In this document: piece by piece, positions 54,531 to 55,708 of the stretch
Layout: each line of letters starts with the position of its first letter
How positions within the stretch are numbered: position 1 is the stretch's first letter
DNA from: Actinomycetota bacterium
Lineage (GTDB): Bacteria; Actinomycetota; Acidimicrobiia; Acidimicrobiales; CADCSY01
Direction: 5' to 3'
DNA: 55,708 nucleotides
Assembly (NCBI GenBank): GCA_016781105.1
Contig: JADDRA010000038.1
Location: 1 to 55,708 of the forward strand
Position numbers and translations under genes: made by a program
The notes under the pieces: model-generated
Told to the model about the DNA's origin: nothing
The model's database searches: none
Seen by the model: the letters and a program-made list of their open reading frames with translations, nothing else

Positions 54531-55706
54531 ATGGTCGCGGCCCTGCCCGTCACCGGCGCGTGGCGACCGGGCGATCCTGCCGGTCGGCGCCGTCTCGCCC
54601 GCCTGGCCGTCGATCGCCCCTTCGTGCTGGAGGGCGGAGGCCAGCTCGAGGACATCACCGTGGCCTACGAGACCTGGGGCGAGCTGGCTGCCGACGGCGA
54701 CAACGCCGTGCTGGTCTGCCACGCCCTCACCGGCGACAGCCACGCGGCGGGGCCGATGGCCCCGGGGCACCCGGCTCCCGGGTGGTGGGACGGCCTCATC
54801 GGGCCGGGCCGGGCCGTCGACACCGACCGCTGGTTCGTGGTGTGCGCCAACGTGCTCGGCGGGTGCCAGGGAACGACGGGGCCGTCGTCGAGCGACCCTC
54901 GCCGGGCCGACGGTCGGCCCTACGGGTCGTCCTTCCCGGTGGTGTCGATCCGCGACATCGTGCGCACCCAGACCGCGGTGGCACGCGACCTCGGGGTGCG
55001 GCGGTGGATGAGCGTGATCGGCGGCTCCATGGGTGGGATGCAGGTGTTGGAGTGGGGCATCATGTTCCCCGAGCGGGTGCGCTCGCTCGTGCCCATCGCG
55101 ACCGCGGCGGCGGCCAGCGCCCAGCAGATCGCCTTTGGCAGCGCCGGGCGCAAGGCCATTCGCCTCGACCCCTGCTGGCGGGGCGGCGACTACTACGACA
55201 GCCCGCCCGGCAAGGGTCCCACCGAGGGGCTGTCGATCGCCCGCAGCATCGCCCAGATCACCTACCGCAGCGACGACGTGTTCACCGACCGCTTCGGGCG
55301 CGAGGTGGTCGAGCCCCTCGACGGCTTCTCGCTGTGGCAGCGCTTCGAGGTGGAGCGCTACCTCGAGTACCACGGGGCCAAGCTGGCCCGGCGCTTCGAC
55401 GCCAACTCCTACCTCTGCCTCACCAAGGCCATGGACCTCCACGACGTGGCCCGGGGCCGAGGTGGGCTGGTCGAGGCGCTGGCCCGCATCTCGGTGCCGA
55501 CCCTGGTGGTGGGCATCTCCTCGGACACGCTGTATCCCACCTACCAGCAGCGCCAGGTGTGCGAGGCGCTCCACACCCAGGGCACGAGCTGCGAGTACGT
55601 CGAGATCGACAGCCGCCACGGCCACGACAGCTTCCTGATCGACCTCGACCAGCTCGGCCCGCCCCTGGCCCAGTTCCTCTCCGACGTCGACAAGTCGGGG
55701 GCCTGA
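54531..55706 (+). CDS. metX: Homoserine O-acetyltransferase
   Basis: The sequence shows NAVLVCHALTGDSHAAG, WWDGLIGPG, DTDRWFVVCANVLGGCQGTTGP, the nucleophile elbow IGGSMGGMQ, SDTLYP and HGHDSFL. The ATG at 54531 was chosen; the upstream part of the listed 602-aa ORF is antisense to the LLM gene. Confidence 0.9.
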   Translation: MVAALPVTGAWRPGDPAGRRRLARLAVDRPFVLEGGGQLEDITVAYETWGELAADGDNAVLVCHALTGDSHAAGPMAPGHPAPGWWDGLIGPGRAVDTDRWFVVCANVLGGCQGTTGPSSSDPRRADGRPYGSSFPVVSIRDIVRTQTAVARDLGVRRWMSVIGGSMGGMQVLEWGIMFPERVRSLVPIATAAAASAQQIAFGSAGRKAIRLDPCWRGGDYYDSPPGKGPTEGLSIARSIAQITYRSDDVFTDRFGREVVEPLDGFSLWQRFEVERYLEYHGAKLARRFDANSYLCLTKAMDLHDVARGRGGLVEALARISVPTLVVGISSDTLYPTYQQRQVCEALHTQGTSCEYVEIDSRHGHDSFLIDLDQLGPPLAQFLSDVDKSGA

Positions 55707-55708
55707 GG

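Overview
This is a 55.7-kb, very GC-rich chromosome segment of actinobacterial type. GC3 is strongly skewed, and many adjacent genes overlap as GTGA or ATGA stop/start pairs. About 21.2-55.7 kb looks like core genome. It carries a PimA-like GT4 glycosyltransferase, an AMIN-like lipoprotein with an LPXTG surface protein, lemA with an htpX-like gene, and a DUF3048 gene. It also carries the classic Actinomycetota block pdxS-pdxT-yebC-ruvC-ruvA-ruvB ... yajC-secD-secF. Further along are an HTH-TOBE regulator with modABC, a disulfide oxidoreductase, ndh, and an envelope-lipid cluster (flippase-like protein, lipoprotein, PAP2-kinase fusion). The remaining genes are an orphan OpuAC-type binding protein, a PQQ sugar dehydrogenase, an AKR, an SDR, a DEAD-box helicase, an N6-adenine DNA methyltransferase, an F420/LLM oxidoreductase and metX. 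The left end (0.66-6.07 kb) is a GntR regulator, an SsuABC-type ABC transporter and an allophanate hydrolase. Between them (about 6.1-21.1 kb) lies a mosaic, decaying region where intact and broken genes alternate. The intact genes are an HTH regulator, a RibD-C reductase, folE, gpgS, a flavin reductase and a nucleotidyltransferase-BON-metallophosphoesterase operon. The broken ones are a frameshifted HIT gene, an SDR gene with an in-frame TAA that is cut off by an IS1380 transposase fragment, a frameshifted and truncated ferredoxin reductase, a GH15 hydrolase needing about ten frame switches, a frameshifted small ORF, an IS3-family transposase with four frameshifts abutting a PxKF-domain fragment, and a 43-nt 3' half of tRNA-Lys(CUU). 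I found no CRISPR array, no rRNA and no complete tRNA. The best candidates for something new are the NTase-BON-phosphoesterase trio beside the tRNA scar, the PAP2-kinase, lipoprotein and flippase-like cluster, and the methyltransferase whose frame continues for 63 codons past an in-frame TAG. All homology calls come from motif recognition by eye; no database search was run.
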